A stretch of 64,000 bases of DNA from Macrostomum hystrix (lineage: Eukaryota > Animalia > Platyhelminthes). Location of the stretch: positions 2,356,001 to 2,420,000 of the forward strand of contig CATNEN010000003.1 of assembly GCA_950097015.1 (NCBI GenBank). The letters run 5' to 3'. Both the position numbers and the translations under genes were made by a program. Shown in pieces: positions 13,640-28,070 of the stretch (its first letter is position 1; the number at the start of each line of letters is the position of its first letter). A model generated the notes under the pieces. The model was not told the origin of the DNA and did not search any database. It saw only the letters and a list, made by a program, of their open reading frames with translations.

Positions 13640-15760
13640 CTCAATCAATCTACCTTTTAAATCAATCTACCTTTCCAATTAATCTACCGTTCTAACTAGT
13701 CTACCTTTTAAATCAATCTACCTTTCTAATCAATCTACCTTTCTAATCAATCTACCTTTCTAATCAATCTACCTTTCTAATCAATCTACCTTTCTAATCA
13801 ATCTACCAGTCTTATCAATCTACCAGTCTAATCAATCTACCAGTCTAATCAATCTACCAGTCTAATCAATCTACCAGTCTAATCAATCTACCAGTCTAAT
13901 CAATCTACCAGTCTAATCAATCTACCAGTCTAATCAATCAACCAGTCTAATCAATCTACCTTTCTAATCAATCTACCTTTCTATTCAACTTACCTTTTTA
14001 ATCAATCTACCAGTCTAATCAATCTACCAGTCTTATCAATCTACCAGTCTAATCAATCTACCAGTCTAATCAATCTACCAGTCTAATCAATCAACCAGTC
14101 TAATCAATCTACCTTTCTAATCAATCTACCTTTCTATTCAACTTACCTTTTTAATCAATCTACCAGTCTAATCAATCTACCAGTCTTATCAATCTACCAG
14201 TCTAATCAATCTACCAGTCTAATCAATCTACCAGTCTAATCAATCTACCAGTCTAATCAATCTACCAGTCTAATCAATCTACCAGTCTAATCAATCTACC
14301 AGTCTAATCAATCAACCAGTCTAATCAATCTACCTTTCTAATCAATCTACCTTTCTATTCAACTTACCTTTTTAATCAATCTACCAGTCTAATCAATCTA
14401 CCAGTCTTATCAATCTACCTTTCTAATCAATCTACCAGTCTAATCAATCTACCAGTCTAATCAATCTACCAGTCTTATCAATCTACCAGTCTAATCAATC
14501 TACCAGTCTAATCAATCTACCAGTCTAATCAATCAACCAGTCTAATCAATCTACCTTTCTAATCAATCTACCTTTCTATTCAACTTACCTTTTTAATCAA
14601 TCTACCAGTCTAATCAATCTACCAGTCTTATCAATCTACCAGTCTAATCAATCTACCAGTCTAATCAATCTACCAGTCTAATCAATCAACCAGTCTAATC
14701 AATCTACCTTTCTAATCAATCTACCTTTCTATTCAACTTACCTTTTTAATCAATCTACCAGTCTAATCAATCTACCAGTCTTATCAATCTACCAGTCTAA
14801 TCAATCTACCAGTCTAATCAATCTACCAGTCTAATCAATCTACCAGTCTAATCAATCTACCAGTCTAATCAATCTACCAGTCTAATCAATCTACCAGTCT
14901 AATCAATCAACCAGTCTAATCAATCTACCTTTCTAATCAATCTACCTTTCTATTCAACTTACCTTTTTAATCAATCTACCAGTCTAATCAATCTACCAGT
15001 CTTATCAATCTACCAGTCTAATCAATCTACCAGTCTAATCAATCTACCAGTCTAATCAATCAACCAGTCTAATCAATCTACCTTTCTAATCAATCTACCT
15101 TTCTATTCAACTTACCTTTTTAATCAATCTACCAGTCTAATCAATCTACCAGTCTTATCAATCTACCAGTCTAATCAATCTACCAGTCTAATCAATCTAC
15201 CAGTCTAATCAATCTACCAGTCTAATCAATCTACCTTTCTAATCAATCTACCTTTCTAATCAATCTACCAGTCTAATCAATATACCAGTCTAATCAATCA
15301 ACCAGTCTAATCAATCTACCAGTCTAATCAATCTACCAGTCTAATCAATCTACCAGTCTAATCAATCTACCTTTCTAATCAATCTACCTTTCTAATCAAT
15401 CTACCAGTCTAATCAATATACCAGTCTAATCAATCAACCAGTCTAATCAATCTACCTTTCTAATCAATCTACCTTTCTAATCAATCTACCAGTCTAATCA
15501 ATCTACCAGTCTTATCAATCTACCAGTCTAATCAATCTACCAGTCTAATCAATCTACCAGTCTAATCAATCTACCTTTCTAATCAATCTACCTTTCTAAT
15601 CAATCTACCAGTCTAATCAATCTACCAGTCTAATCAATCTACCAGTCTAATCAATCTACCAGTCTAATCAATCTACCTTTCTAATCAATCTACCTTTCTA
15701 ATCAATCTACCTTTCTAATTAATCTACCAGTCTAATTAATCTTTCAGTCTAATTAATCTG
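13640..15760. repeat. Minisatellite, 17-bp unit AATCAATCTACCAGTCT with higher-order structure
   Basis: Tandem copies; a marker variant recurs every 9 or 13 units. Confidence 0.97.
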
Positions 15761-16696
15761 CCATGCATATATTCATCTGATTAGATATTTAATCCAACAA
15801 AATCTAATGAAAGTTCGGCCACTTCAAAGCATGACTAACATGCACCCACCGCCCCCAGGGGTGTGCAAGCCACCAAGCTCATAAATAATGAGCAGCGTTC
15901 TAACCGCCCGCCCCTCTTGAGTCGCTAACTGATCAGGGTCCAAGAGCTAGTTAAGACATGGTCGCCCTTATTAGAGAGCTTGGCAAACAGCTAGTCAGGT
16001 CCAGTGAGTGGCCAGAAAGTGGCTAGCAGCAATGCTCCATCTTTTAGAAGCCACTTTAGAAGTTTGGTGTTCCGCAAACGGTTGCTAGGCCTGATACCAT
16101 GTACTCAAATCACTTGTGCTAGCATTCTCGAGTCTGTTTCCCACTTTGAGAGCCTGTCAAAAAAACCCTGACCTGATGGGAAAGTCAAGAAGGGCCCTCT
16201 CTTCTAGAAGTTTCTAGGAAACGAAATTCATCATCCTAGTCCCAGGTAGGTCCGAGCTTTTATGAAATCCCATCTCTGATCTTTCTCTTTTTCTTTCTTT
16301 TATTTTTATAATCCCATTACTGTATTCAAGTCTAACATTTTCATATAGGAAAAGGTAAATTAACTGTAATCAAGTAGGTTTAATTAGCTTCAACGAGGCT
16401 TAAGATTATTCTAGAGTGATTGTTGAGCAATGGGAAGTGATTTTTTGAGTAGAGGAGAGATCTATAATCCGCCACTTCTGCACGCGCATGGGGGGCACTT
16501 TGAGTTCAGTTCAATTTCTTAGTCTAAATCCGTTTTTCTTGCTATTTTTTCCTCTTTCATCCTGTGGGCCGCCTTTGATCTCTTGTACGTGCTGTTCCAG
16601 TTGCTGGGGGGGGGTAAGCGATAGCTATAATTTATTTTATTTCACGTAAATCGACAAGAATCAAAACAATAAATTGATTAATTGCAAAACAATTAG

Positions 16697-16795
16697 ATTG
16701 TAGTTAAGGGCGTCGGACTCTTGAAAGGTCAGGGGTTCGATTTCCGACTCTTAACAGGAACTATTTGTGCCCCTTACAAGGCTGGTGTAATAAAT
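16697..16795 (+). mobile_element. Internally deleted SINE family A remnant
   Basis: GCGTCGGACTC...GGGGTTCGATTTCCGACTC...ATTTGTGCCCC...GGTGTAAT. Confidence 0.6.
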
Positions 16796-16867
16796 TTTTA
16801 TTAATAAATAAACTTAATTAAAATCCACGGCTTTTCAAATTTCATTTACTTAAAATAAGAAGTGGTT

Positions 16868-17230
16868 ACAATCCCAAGTTATAATTACCCCAAAATCCCA
16901 ATCTCAAAATCTCAGAATCCCGAATTCGGAAATCACAAATTCCAAAATCCCAATCCCAAAATTTCAATCCCAAAATCCCAATCCCAAAGTCCTAATCCTA
17001 AAATCATAATCCTAAAATCCCATTACCAAAATCCTAATCCCAAAATTCCAATCCTGAATCCCAATCTCAAACCCCAATCCTTTAATCCCATTACCAAAAT
17101 CCTAATCCCAAAAATCCCAATACTTAAATCGTAAATTCTAAAATCCTAATCCCAAAGTCCCAATCCTAAAATCCCAATCCCAAATTTCCAATCCCAAAAC
17201 TCAAATCCCAGGCGGTTAAAATCCCAGGTA
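16868..17230. repeat. Degenerate AAATCCCAATCCC low-complexity repeat
   Basis: Similar tracts at 23625-23890 and, reverse complemented, at 56160-57010. Confidence 0.8.
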
Positions 17231-18024
17231 ATTATAATCCAAAGTTTACACTAACTAAAGGTGAATTACAGTGAGTAAAAACAGCTTAAACTACAACATT
17301 CATTCCTCATTTATCAGGTGTGTAAAAAGATCCCAGTCAACTGACTAGAATCCCATTCAGCTTCCGGGCAACATGCTCATAAAATTCTGGCCCATTTTTA
17401 AACTGCCAATCCTGTTTTGCGCTTCCCAAATCACATCATCCGATCCTTCCTTCCTTCGGCGTCAAACCGGCCCATTGTGCGCCGGTCCCCAATTAATAGT
17501 ATTATCCCCCACTCCAATATTCCCAAAATGATGCACCACAAAGCTACAGGATGCGCGGAGCAACGCAAAAGTTAAGCATCCTTCAACAAAAAAAATTTTA
17601 GTCGGCGTTGTCAACAGCTTGTCAACAGCAGCTCTACAACACTCACCCTCTATGCCCAGATCCCTAATACATTTCTCCCCTAACCATTGCGGATTGTACA
17701 TCAATAGGCAGGGTTGCAGCACCTTTCGCTATAGTTAGCTGCATTCTGTAGAATTCTGGGATTTGAAAGATCATTTCGGGATCAGGGCTCCACAGTGTCT
17801 GGGCGCAGTGAAGTTAATAAAAAATTCTCAACCAATACGCACGCACACGCGCGCGCGGGCCCAGATAGCTATTGTTGGGATTTGTGAAAAATTTATCCCA
17901 AGAATGGGGAAGTTACTTTGCGGGTGCAGTTAAAGGAAGCGTTGGAATGACCACAGTTATCCTGCTCTGACACTGCCGAAATCCGTAAAGGAAAAAAGTG
18001 TTTTTATAGTTGTCGCTGTGTTGA

Positions 18025-18063
<39 letters not shown>

Positions 18064-18239
18064 GATGTCCAAAGATGTCAACTCCTGTTAATAAGTAAGA
18101 ACATGTATATACGAGTACTTTATGCTATACACATAATGCACCTGTGATTGGTTAGCTAAATATTGAATAAAATCATGTGTGACTATACTTGTCAGGCAGC
18201 ATAGAACTTCAGAGCAAACAGATTTTTTCATTATCTTCG

Positions 18240-19630
18240 AGTGAAACCTTGAAGAGTGACATCTTGAAGAGTGACATCTTGAAGAGTGACAACTTAAGGA
18301 GTGACACCTTAAAGAGTGACACCTTAAAGAGTGACAACTTGAAGAGTGACAACTTGAAGAGTGACATCTTGAAGAGTGACAACTTGAAGAGTGACAACTT
18401 GAAGAGTGACATCTTGAAGAGTGACAACTTGAAGAGTGACATCTTGAAGAGTGACAACTTGAAGAGTGACATCTTGAAGAGTGACATCTTGAAGAGTGAC
18501 ATCTTGAAGAGTGACATCTTGAAGAGTGACATCTTGAAGAGTGACATCTTGAAGAGTGACACCTTGAAGAGTGACATCTTGAAGAGTGACAACTTAAAGA
18601 GTGACAACTTAAAGAGTGACAACTTAAAGAGTGACAACTTAAAGAGTGACACCTTGAAGAGTGACACCTTGAAGAGTTACACCTTGAAGAGTGACACCTT
18701 GAAGAGTGACATCTTGAAGAGTGACATCTTGAAGAGTGACATCTTAAAAAGTGAGAATTTGAAGAGTAACACTTTGAAGAGTGACATCTTGAAGAGTGAC
18801 ACCTTGAAGAGTGACACCTTGAAGAGTGACATCTTGAATAGTGACACCTTGAAGAGTGACACATTGAAGAGTGACAACTTAAGGAGTGACACCTTAAAGA
18901 GTGACAACTTGAAGAGTGACAACTTGAAGAGTGACATCTTGAAGAGTGACAACTTGAAGAGTGACATCTTGAAGAGTGACACCTTGAAGTGTGACACCTT
19001 GAAGAGTGACACCTTGAAGAGTGACATCTTGAAGAGTGACATCTTGAAGAGTGACACCTTGAAGAGTGACAACTTGAAGAGTGACATCTTGAAGAGTGAC
19101 AACTTGAAGAGTGACAACTTGAAGAGTGACATCTTGAAGAGTGACATCTTGAAGAGTGACATCTTGAAGAGTGACATCTTGAAGAGTGACAACTTGAAGA
19201 GTGACAACTTGAAGAGTGACAACTTGAAGAGTGACAACTTGAAGAGTGACAACTTGAAGAGTGACAACTTAAAGAGTGACAACTTAAAGAGTGACAACTT
19301 AAAGAGTGACAACTTAAAGAGTGACACCTTGGAGAGTGAAACTTGAAGAGTGACACCTTAAAGAGTGACAACTTGAAGAGTGAAGCTTGAAGAGTGACAA
19401 CTTAAAGAGTGACATCTTGAAGAGTGACACCTTGAAGAGTGACATCTTGAAGAGTGACATCTTGAAGAGTGACAACTTGAAGAGTGACATCTTGAAGAGT
19501 GACAACTTGAAGAGTGACATCTTGAAGAGTGACATCTTGAAGAGTGACAACTTGAAGAGTGACATCTTGAAGAGTGACATCTTGAAGAGTGACACCTTGA
19601 AGAGTGACATCTTGAAGAGTGACATCTTGT
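18240..19630. repeat. Minisatellite, 15-bp unit GAAGAGTGACATCTT
   Basis: Tandem copies. Confidence 0.97.
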
Positions 19631-20514
19631 AATGTCTGTGTTTTTTCTACCATGGTAAAATATACAATAAGCCTACAGATATAGAGGTAGCTAATGATAA
19701 ACTAATTATAAACTGTCTTGTCAAATCAATTCTCTAATCCTGCCAAAGCCAAGGTACTAATTAATCTCGAACAGAACAGCAGGTAGACTAATGTTAATAA
19801 TTTAATAGAGTAATGTTTTTACAACCCGAAATTAACAGCGGCAAAGTAGAGACTGAGGAAATTGACGGGATTTGAAGCTAGCTGTTCATTTCCCATGAGC
19901 TAAGAATTAAGAATTAGACAATTGGCGGGTGCAGCAACTTTATCTCAACAATTTGGACAAACAGAATATTATACTCGTACAAAAACTGGAAACTCGAGAT
20001 AATACTATAGTGGAAAATTTGAAGTGGGGATTTTTCTGTCGGTTAGATCAAACAAAAATTTGGGATCTAAAGAGAAACTACAGAGGACAAAGATCATTCT
20101 TTGGAAAATCCTTGTCTCTTTGTCTATATAGTCACTTCGAGGCTTCGTATTTCATACTAGAGGTTGAGTAACCAAAAAATAAGTCCCAAGGAATCCTAAC
20201 TGTAACGAGGCAGCCATCCCTACTTGATTACGTCATCAAAAAAGAGTAACCGGCTGGACAGACATGCTATATTAATTATCCAGTGAAATCTCCAGTTTAT
20301 TCTATGGGCCAAAACTAGAGAGAAAGTAATGGAGACGTTTTGTAGCTATGTGGATTACATAAAGACGAAAGTCAGTAATATAAAAATATATATTAGAATA
20401 TGATCCGATTGTCTAGCCTACTCAGTCACTCACACAATCATACGATCGGCAAGTTTTTTAACCAAAAGCTTAATAAAATTATCATCAGACGAGTCAGATA
20501 CTTAACCAGTTCTA

Positions 20515-21242
20515 TGGGATAGCAGATTGGATGGGAGAGTACATTGGAGGGAAGAGTAGATTAGAGGGGAGAGTAGATTCGAGGGGAGAGCAGATTGGAT
20601 GGGAGAGTAGATTGGATGGGAGAGTAGATTGGATGGGAGAGCAGATTGGATGGGAGAGCAGATTGGATGGGAGAGTAGATTGGATGGGAGAGTAGATTGG
20701 ATGGGAGAGTAGATTGGATGGGAGAGCAGATTGGATGGGAGAGTAGATTGGATGGGAGAGCAGATTGGAGGGAAGAGTAGATTGGAGGGAAGAGTAGATT
20801 GGAGGGGAGAGTAGATTAGAGGGGAGAGTAGATTGGATGGGAGAGTAGATTGGATGGGAGAGTAGATTGGATGGGAGAGCAGATTGGATGGGAGAGTAGA
20901 TTGGATGGGAGAGCAGATTGGATGGGAGAGTAGATTGGATGGGAGAGTAGATTGGATGGGAGAGTAGATTGGATGGGAGAGCAGATTGGATGGGAGAGTA
21001 GATTGGATGGGAAAGCAGATTGGAGGGAAGAGTAGATTAGAGGGGAGAGTAGATTGGATGGGAGAGTAGATTGGATGGGAGAGTAGATTGGAGGGGAGAG
21101 CAGATTGGATGGGAGAGTAGATTGGATGGGAGAGCAGATTGGATGGGAGAGTAGATTGGATGGGAGAGTAGATTGGATGGGAGAGTAGATTGGATGGGAG
21201 AGTAGATTGGATGGGAGAGCAGATTGGATAGGAGAGCAGATC
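20515..21242. repeat. Minisatellite, 17-bp unit GGGAGAGTAGATTGGAT
   Basis: Tandem copies; same family as 24745-25840. Confidence 0.97.
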
Positions 21243-21829
21243 TGCCAGTTACAAGCGCAGGCTTATTATACAGGCATAAAATAGTTGAGCAAAGTACAAC
21301 TAATTTTCTGATCAGTGTGTCTGTACAAATACAGCAGTATTCAGTGCGGCATAGGCCTACTCAAAGTCCAACACTGATTGAGTATTTTGGTGTAAAGTAC
21401 ATTGCTTAGCTATTCGCTTAAGAAAGATTTTTAAAGCCTGGTTCTGATTTGTAGATGTCGAAATCGACATGCTGAGTAGATTAAAACAACAGACATCTGC
21501 ACAATGATCACTTTAGTATCAAAGTGACATCACACATTTAAAAAGAGTCAAAAAGATTCATTTACTGATATGTACGAGCTAATATTTCATTTTTATCCAT
21601 TTTTTCCTACTTCTTTGGCTGCAACAAGCAATAGTTTCGTGATAAATTATTGAATCAGATAAAATTGTAGCGAAAATTCAACCGTTTTGACTTACTGTTT
21701 TCTTTTGTACCGCAAAGATTTTCTGGACGATTAACCTGGTTCACGCCTGTACTGACTGACAATTTGAAGACCTGTTGCTGTGGGAAATTGTAAAGAGGTT
21801 TTTTGAAAATGGGAGAACTTTCTTCCCAT

Positions 21830-23205
21830 TCTCCTATTCTCCCTCCCAATCTCTCTTATTCTCTCTCCGAATCTCTCTTATTCTCTCTCTCAATCTCTCT
21901 TATTCTCTCTCTCAATCTCTCTTATTCTCTCTCTCAATCTCTCTTATTCTCTCTCTCAATCTCTCTTATTCTCTCTCCCAATCTCTCTCAGTCTCTCTCC
22001 CAATCTTTCTTCTTCTCTCTCCCAATCTATCTTCTTCTCTCTCCCAATCTCTCTTATTCTCTCTTATTCTCTCTCCCAATCTCTCTCAGTCTCTCTCCCA
22101 ATCTATCTTCTTCTCTCTCCCAATCTATCTTCTTCTCTCTCCCAATCTATCTTATTCTCTCTTATTCTCTCTCCCAATCTCTCTTATTCTCTCTCCCAAT
22201 CTCTCTCAGTCTCTCTCCCAATCTATCTTCTTCTCTCTCCCAATCTATCTTCTTCTCTCTCCCAATCTATCTTATTCTCTCTTATTCTCTCTCCCAATCT
22301 CTCTTATTCTCTCTCTCAATCTCTCTTATTCTCTCTCCCAATCTCTCTTTTTCTCTCTCCCAATCTCTCTTATTCTCTCTCCCAATCTCTCTTTTTCTCT
22401 CTCCCAATCTCTCTTTTTCTCTCTCTCAATCTCTCTTTTTCTCTCTCCTAATCTCTCTTATTCTCTCTCCCAATCTCTCTCAGTCTCTCTCCTAATCTCT
22501 CTTATTCTCTCTTATTCTCTCTCCCAATCCCTCTTATTCTCTCTCCCAATCTATCTTCTTCTCTCTCCCAATCTATCTTATTCTCTCTTATTCTCTCTCT
22601 CAATCTCTCTTATTCTCTCTCCCAATCTCTCTTTTTCTCTCACCCAATCTCTCTTTTTCTCTCTCTCAATCTCTCTTTTTCTCTCTCCTAATCTCTCTTA
22701 TTCTCTATCCCAATCTCTCTCAGTCTCTCTCCCAATCTCTCTTATTCTCTCTTATTCTCTCTCCCAATCTCTCTTATTCTCTCTTATTCTCTCTCCCAAT
22801 CTCTCTTATTCTCTCTTATTCTCTCTCCCAATCTCTCTTATTCTCTCTTATTCTCTCTCCCAATCTCTCTTATTCTCTCTTATTCTCTCTCCCAATCTCT
22901 CTTATTCTCTCTTATTCTCTCTCCCAATCTCTCTTATTCTCTCTTATTCTCTCTCCCAATCTCTCTTATTCTCTCTTATTCTCTCTCCCAATCTCTCTTA
23001 TTCTCTCTTATTCTCTCTCCCAATCTCTCTTATTCTCTCTTATTCTCTCTCCCAATCTCTCTTATTCTCTCTTATTCTCTCTCCCAATCTCTCTTATTCT
23101 CTCTCTCCCAATCTCTATTATTCTCTCTCCCAATCTCTCTTATTCTCTCTCCCAATCTCTCTTATTCTCTCTCTAATCTCTCTTATTCTCCCTCCTTCTT
23201 CTCTA
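21830..23205. repeat. Pyrimidine-rich minisatellite, core CTCCCAATCTCTCTTATTCTCT
   Basis: Tandem copies. Confidence 0.95.
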
Positions 23206-24744
23206 TCAATCACTCGCTACATTACTTGCTATGACTGCTTAAACTGTTTTCGTTAAAATTGCTGCCTAAATAGGTCAGGCCACGAGTGTCTTTTAGTAAT
23301 GATGGAATTTCTTTCGAAAGCTTTTTAGCTGATGAATGACAAGTTGGAATGAGTGGATTGCTTACAAAGCCCCAAAGATTGCGGGTCACCATTATAATTT
23401 TAGTGACCCCATTTGCTGAAATAAACTAATAATGCCTTAATCCGTACCTTGAAGGAGTAGGAAATCTATAGATAACCTATTTCATGTCCCACAGCATTTT
23501 TGCAAACTTAATTCCTGTGCCAATAAGTGTGTCTACCTTTAAGACAGATATTCGACAATCTTGACTATTGGATGAAGGCTAAAAAAATGATTTTCCCACT
23601 TTTTAGATTTTAGCTGTAATTAACAGATCCCGAAACTTCTAAAATCCCAAATCTTAAAATCATGAAACTCCCAAATCCTGAAATTCCCAAATCCTGAAAA
23701 TCTCAAATCCTGAAACTCCCAAATCCAAAATCGAAAATCCCGAAACTTCTAGATCCCTAAATCTTAAAATCTCGAAACTCCCGAATCCCGAAACTTCCAA
23801 ATCCCATAATCTCCCAAATCCCGGAACTTTAAAATCCATGAACTTAAAAATCCCAAAAAGACCTATTTCCCAAAACTTTTAAATCCTGATATAAAAGCAA
23901 TCAGCCACTATAGAATCGAGAGTCAGTTTAACAGACAAAAACATTATCTGTGACTCAGTAGATAACAAAGCTGTCAGTCCTATTTCGTTCTAACTTAGAA
24001 CTTAGAACTTACTCCAAAAGTTGTAAGTGCAGAAAAAGTCCATTCATAAGCCGAGTGGTTCTTTTTCGACGGGTATCAATTTCTTCTAGAAGATAAGCAA
24101 ATTTTTATTAAAGTCGTTTAATAAAGAAAAAAAAGAGAATAATTTTCTGCATCGCAACTTTTTACATTGGTCTGCTGGTCTTAGCTGTCTTCGGGAAACA
24201 CGTGACTGAAGAAAACTACGAGTATATAACTACTAGCTATAGTTATAAACTTTTTTCACATAGCTAGCTGCCCATTTATTTCAGGCTCTGTTTTTGAGTT
24301 TGAGTGCTCAACTAACTATAATAATACAATTCCCAGAAATAACATGACACCAATATTCCTTATTCACTCTTTGCTTAACTTTACTCTGCGAGTCCTAAGT
24401 GTCGAAGCCGTGGGTAGCTTAAATGGTCAGAGTAACGACAAGAAGAAGAATTGAGCAATGGGAGACAAAAAATTGGCCCAGTAAAATATTGCTGCTATTG
24501 AACAATGCACTAGCATTGAGCAAAGAAGATAATGAAGATCAATACGCTTTGCTTATAATATAGATTGGCAAGCTAGAAGAAATACCAAACAGCTAAGCAT
24601 AAGCCAGCGACAACACGATCACCAATACCATACGATCTTGTGTGAGACTATTCTCAAGGAGGGCTTTGACGACTCACTGACATTGCTGTAATGGATTTTA
24701 CATTGCTCCTTTCATTGCAATCAGCTCGACTAGGGTAGACTGCT

Positions 24745-25840
24745 GGGAGAGAAGATTGGATGGGAGAGTAGATTGGATGGGAGAGACTAGATTGAATTGG
24801 AGAGAGTAGATTGGATGGGAGAGACTAGATTGAATTGGAGAGAGTAGATTGAATTGGAGAGAGTAGATTGGATGGGAGAGTAGATTGGATGGGAGAGTAG
24901 ATTGGATGGGAGAGTAGATTGGATGGGAGAGACTAGATTGAATTGGAGAGAGTAGATTGAATTGGAGAGAGTAGATTGGATGGGAGAGTAGATTGGATGG
25001 GAGAGAGTAGATTGGATGGGAGAGAGTAGATTGGATGGGAGAGAGTAGATTGGATGGGAGAGTAGATTGGATGGGAGAGTAGATTGGATGAGAGTAGATT
25101 GGATGGGAGAGTAGATTGGATGGGAGAGACTAGATTGAATTGGAGAGAGTAGATTGAATTGGAGAGAGTAGATTGGATGGGAGAGTAGATTGGATGGGAG
25201 AGAGTAGATTGGATGGGAGAGAGTAGATTGGATGGGAGAGTAGATTGGATGGGAGAGTAGATTGGATGAGAGTAGATTGGATGGGAGAGTAGATTGGATG
25301 GGAGAGACTAGATTGAATTGGAGAGAGTAGATTGAATTGGAGAGAGTAGATTGGATGGGAGAGTAGATTGGATGGGAGAGAGTAGATTGAATGGGAGAGA
25401 GTAGATTGGATGGGAGAGAGTAGATTGAATGGGAGAGAGTAGATTGAATGGGAGAGAGTAGATTGGATGGGAGAGTAGATTGGATGGGAGAGTAGATTGG
25501 ATGGGAGAGTAGATTGGAGGGGAGAGTAGATTGAATGGGAGAGAGTAGATTGGATGGGAGAGTAGATTGGATGGGAGAGTAGATCAGATGGGAGAGTAGA
25601 TCAGATGGGAGAGTAGATTGGATGGGAGAGTAGATCAGATGGGAGAGTAGATTGGATGGGAGAGTAGATTGGATGGGAGAGTAGATCAGATGGGAGAGTA
25701 GATTGGATGGGAGAGTAGATTGGATGGGAGAGTAGATCGGATGGGAGAGTAGATTGGATGGGAGAGTAGATCGGATGGGAGAGTAGATTGGATGGGAGAG
25801 TAGATTGAATGGGAGAGTAGATTGGATGGGAAAGTAGATG
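24745..25840. repeat. Minisatellite, 17/19-bp unit GGGAGAGTAGATTGGAT
   Basis: Tandem copies. Confidence 0.97.
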
Positions 25841-26351
25841 AAGGCAGATTAGATTAGATGAGATAAGTTGTCCTGAGTGGGGATTGGAATATGCAAGAGA
25901 AACTCCCAGATTTTATTTCGATCTCCCTGCGGTATTCCAGCTCCCAATGTAGAAGCGCGGAAGAAGCAGAAGAGTTTCAGAGCAAACAATCTGAAGCTCG
26001 GAAGCGGCAGCTGATGTACCCAAACTGATGCCATTCATCCGGGCGCACAAAAGGCAGGTGAGCCGCCACTTTGTTCTGTACTGGCCTAGCCTAGCCTACT
26101 TGCTACTAGAAGAAGAACCGGCCCAGTTTCGTTGGGCCCCCTTTTAACAGATTTGTTTGCCGGCCCCAAATATTTAATGAGGCTCGGGCTGGAGTAAATG
26201 CTGCATCCTCGAAAAGAAATTGTTGTAGTCATGCTCTGCGCATTGCAACTCTGCATCCCGATTAGTGGCCTGTTTGAATGCTTGCAGCTGACTGACTAGC
26301 TGTGACTGCTGCTGGGGCAACAGTCTGCAGTGTGGACTTACTGAATTGTTA

Positions 26352-26880
26352 TGCTCTCCTATTTCTCCTCTTCTTTCTCCAACATCCTCTACTCTCTGTC
26401 CCGTACCCTCTCTCCTGTCTCCCCTATTTTCTCTCCTCTCTCTTCTCTCCTCTCTCTTCTCTCTCCTATCTCACCTGCCGTCTATTCTCTTCCCTCTCCC
26501 CTCTAGTCTCTAATCTCTCCTCTCTCTTCTCTCTCCTATCTCACCTCCCATCTATTCTCTCCGCTCTCCCCTCTAGTCTCTCCCCTCTCCTCTGTCCTTT
26601 CCGCTCTCTCCTCTCCCCTTTCTTCTCTCGTCTCTTTTCTCTCCCCTATTTCACCTACCGTCGATTCTCTCCCCTCTCCTCTCCTCTCTCTTCTCTCTCC
26701 TATCTTACCTCCCATCTAGTCTCTCTCCTCCTCCCTCTAGCCTCTCATCTCTCATCTCTCCTCTCCCCTCTTCTATCCTCTCTCTTCTCTCTCCTATTCT
26801 GCCTCCCTTCTAATCTCTCTCCTATCTCCCCTCTGGTATCTCCTCTCGCCCATTTTCTCTCTTCTCCTGTCTCCTCTGAT
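26352..26880. repeat. CT-rich low-complexity tract
   Basis: Degenerate CTCTCC repeats. Confidence 0.85.
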
Positions 26881-27329
26881 TATCGTCTAGCTATTTTTCA
26901 CATGCCGTTTCTATGTATTTTCAAACGACTAGTCAAGATGTATTGGATTTCAGACTCATAGAAAATCTTTTCACTCACCAGATAGTCTAGTTGATAGTCA
27001 GTTGCAAATGTACGACCGATAAGTTCAGTCTGAATAGGCGGTCATATTTTCGGTCTTGTCGGTGAATCTCAAAAGCAAAATAACTGAACTAACAAACCGG
27101 TGCGATAAGAAGTAAAGTTACTATTATTATCTAAAGTTTCGACTCTGTTATCAACAAAACAACCTGATAAACAAACCGAATGGACCAACTTCACCAACTG
27201 GTGGGGTGGTTCTTTTATGAGTTCCGAGGCAAATTTTTTTCTCTGTTTCCGTTCTTCTTTCCGTTGCTGTTCTGTTTTTTTTTGTTCGTCTGTGAGTGAG
27301 TTCTTGTACTGGTCTTCCCTGTCAACTTG

Positions 27330-27470
27330 AGGGCCATGTGAGAGTATGTTGGCTATTAGCAATGCTATATGAATCGGCCATTCGGGTCCCGACCAGTCCA
27401 AATGCACAATGCGGAACGGGCGATTCTTATTGGCTAGCGATTCTGACCAATGAGGTGACGAGGGAGTATA
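27330..27470. promoter_or_regulatory. Possible promoter (clustered CCAAT-type boxes)
   Basis: ATTGG (~27428) and CCAAT (~27447) plus GTTGG and TGACG within about 120 bp of GC-richer unique sequence, next to a leader-like A-rich stretch on the - strand. Confidence 0.3.
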
Positions 27471-27564
27471 GAATTTACTGTAGTCAGTTTCTGCGGGCAT
27501 ACGCAAGCATATTGTTTGCTATTGCAAAACCTCCATGAACCCATATCTAATATCATATGATAAA

Positions 27565-28070
27565 ATCGCTCAGAAATCCTTTCGAAAATTTAATCATCAA
27601 TCCTTTCAAAAATCCCTCAAAAATCCTGTCATAAATCCTTCAGAAATCCCTCATAAATCCCTCAGAAATCCTTTCATGATTCCAGCAGAAATCCTTTCAT
27701 AATTCCATCAGAAATCCTATCATAAATTCTTCAGAAATCCTGTCATAAATCCTTCAGAAATCCCTCAGAAATCCCTCAGAAATCCTTTCATGATTCCAAC
27801 AGAAATCCTTTCACAATTCCATCAGAAATCCTATCGTAAATTCTTCAGAAATCCTTTCACAATTCCATCAGAAATATTATCATAAATTCTTCAGAAATCT
27901 CTTCGAAAATCCCACAGAAATCCTTGCATAAATCCCACAGAAATCCTTGCATAAATCCCACAGAAATCCTTCATAAATCCTTCATAAATTCCTTCAGAAA
28001 CCCCTTCAAAAATCTCTCAGAAATCCTTCCGTCAATCCCTCAGAAATCCTTTCATAAATCCCACTGAAGT
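27565..28070. repeat. Degenerate CAGAAATCCTT repeat
   Basis: Tandem ~11-13-bp units. Confidence 0.85.
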
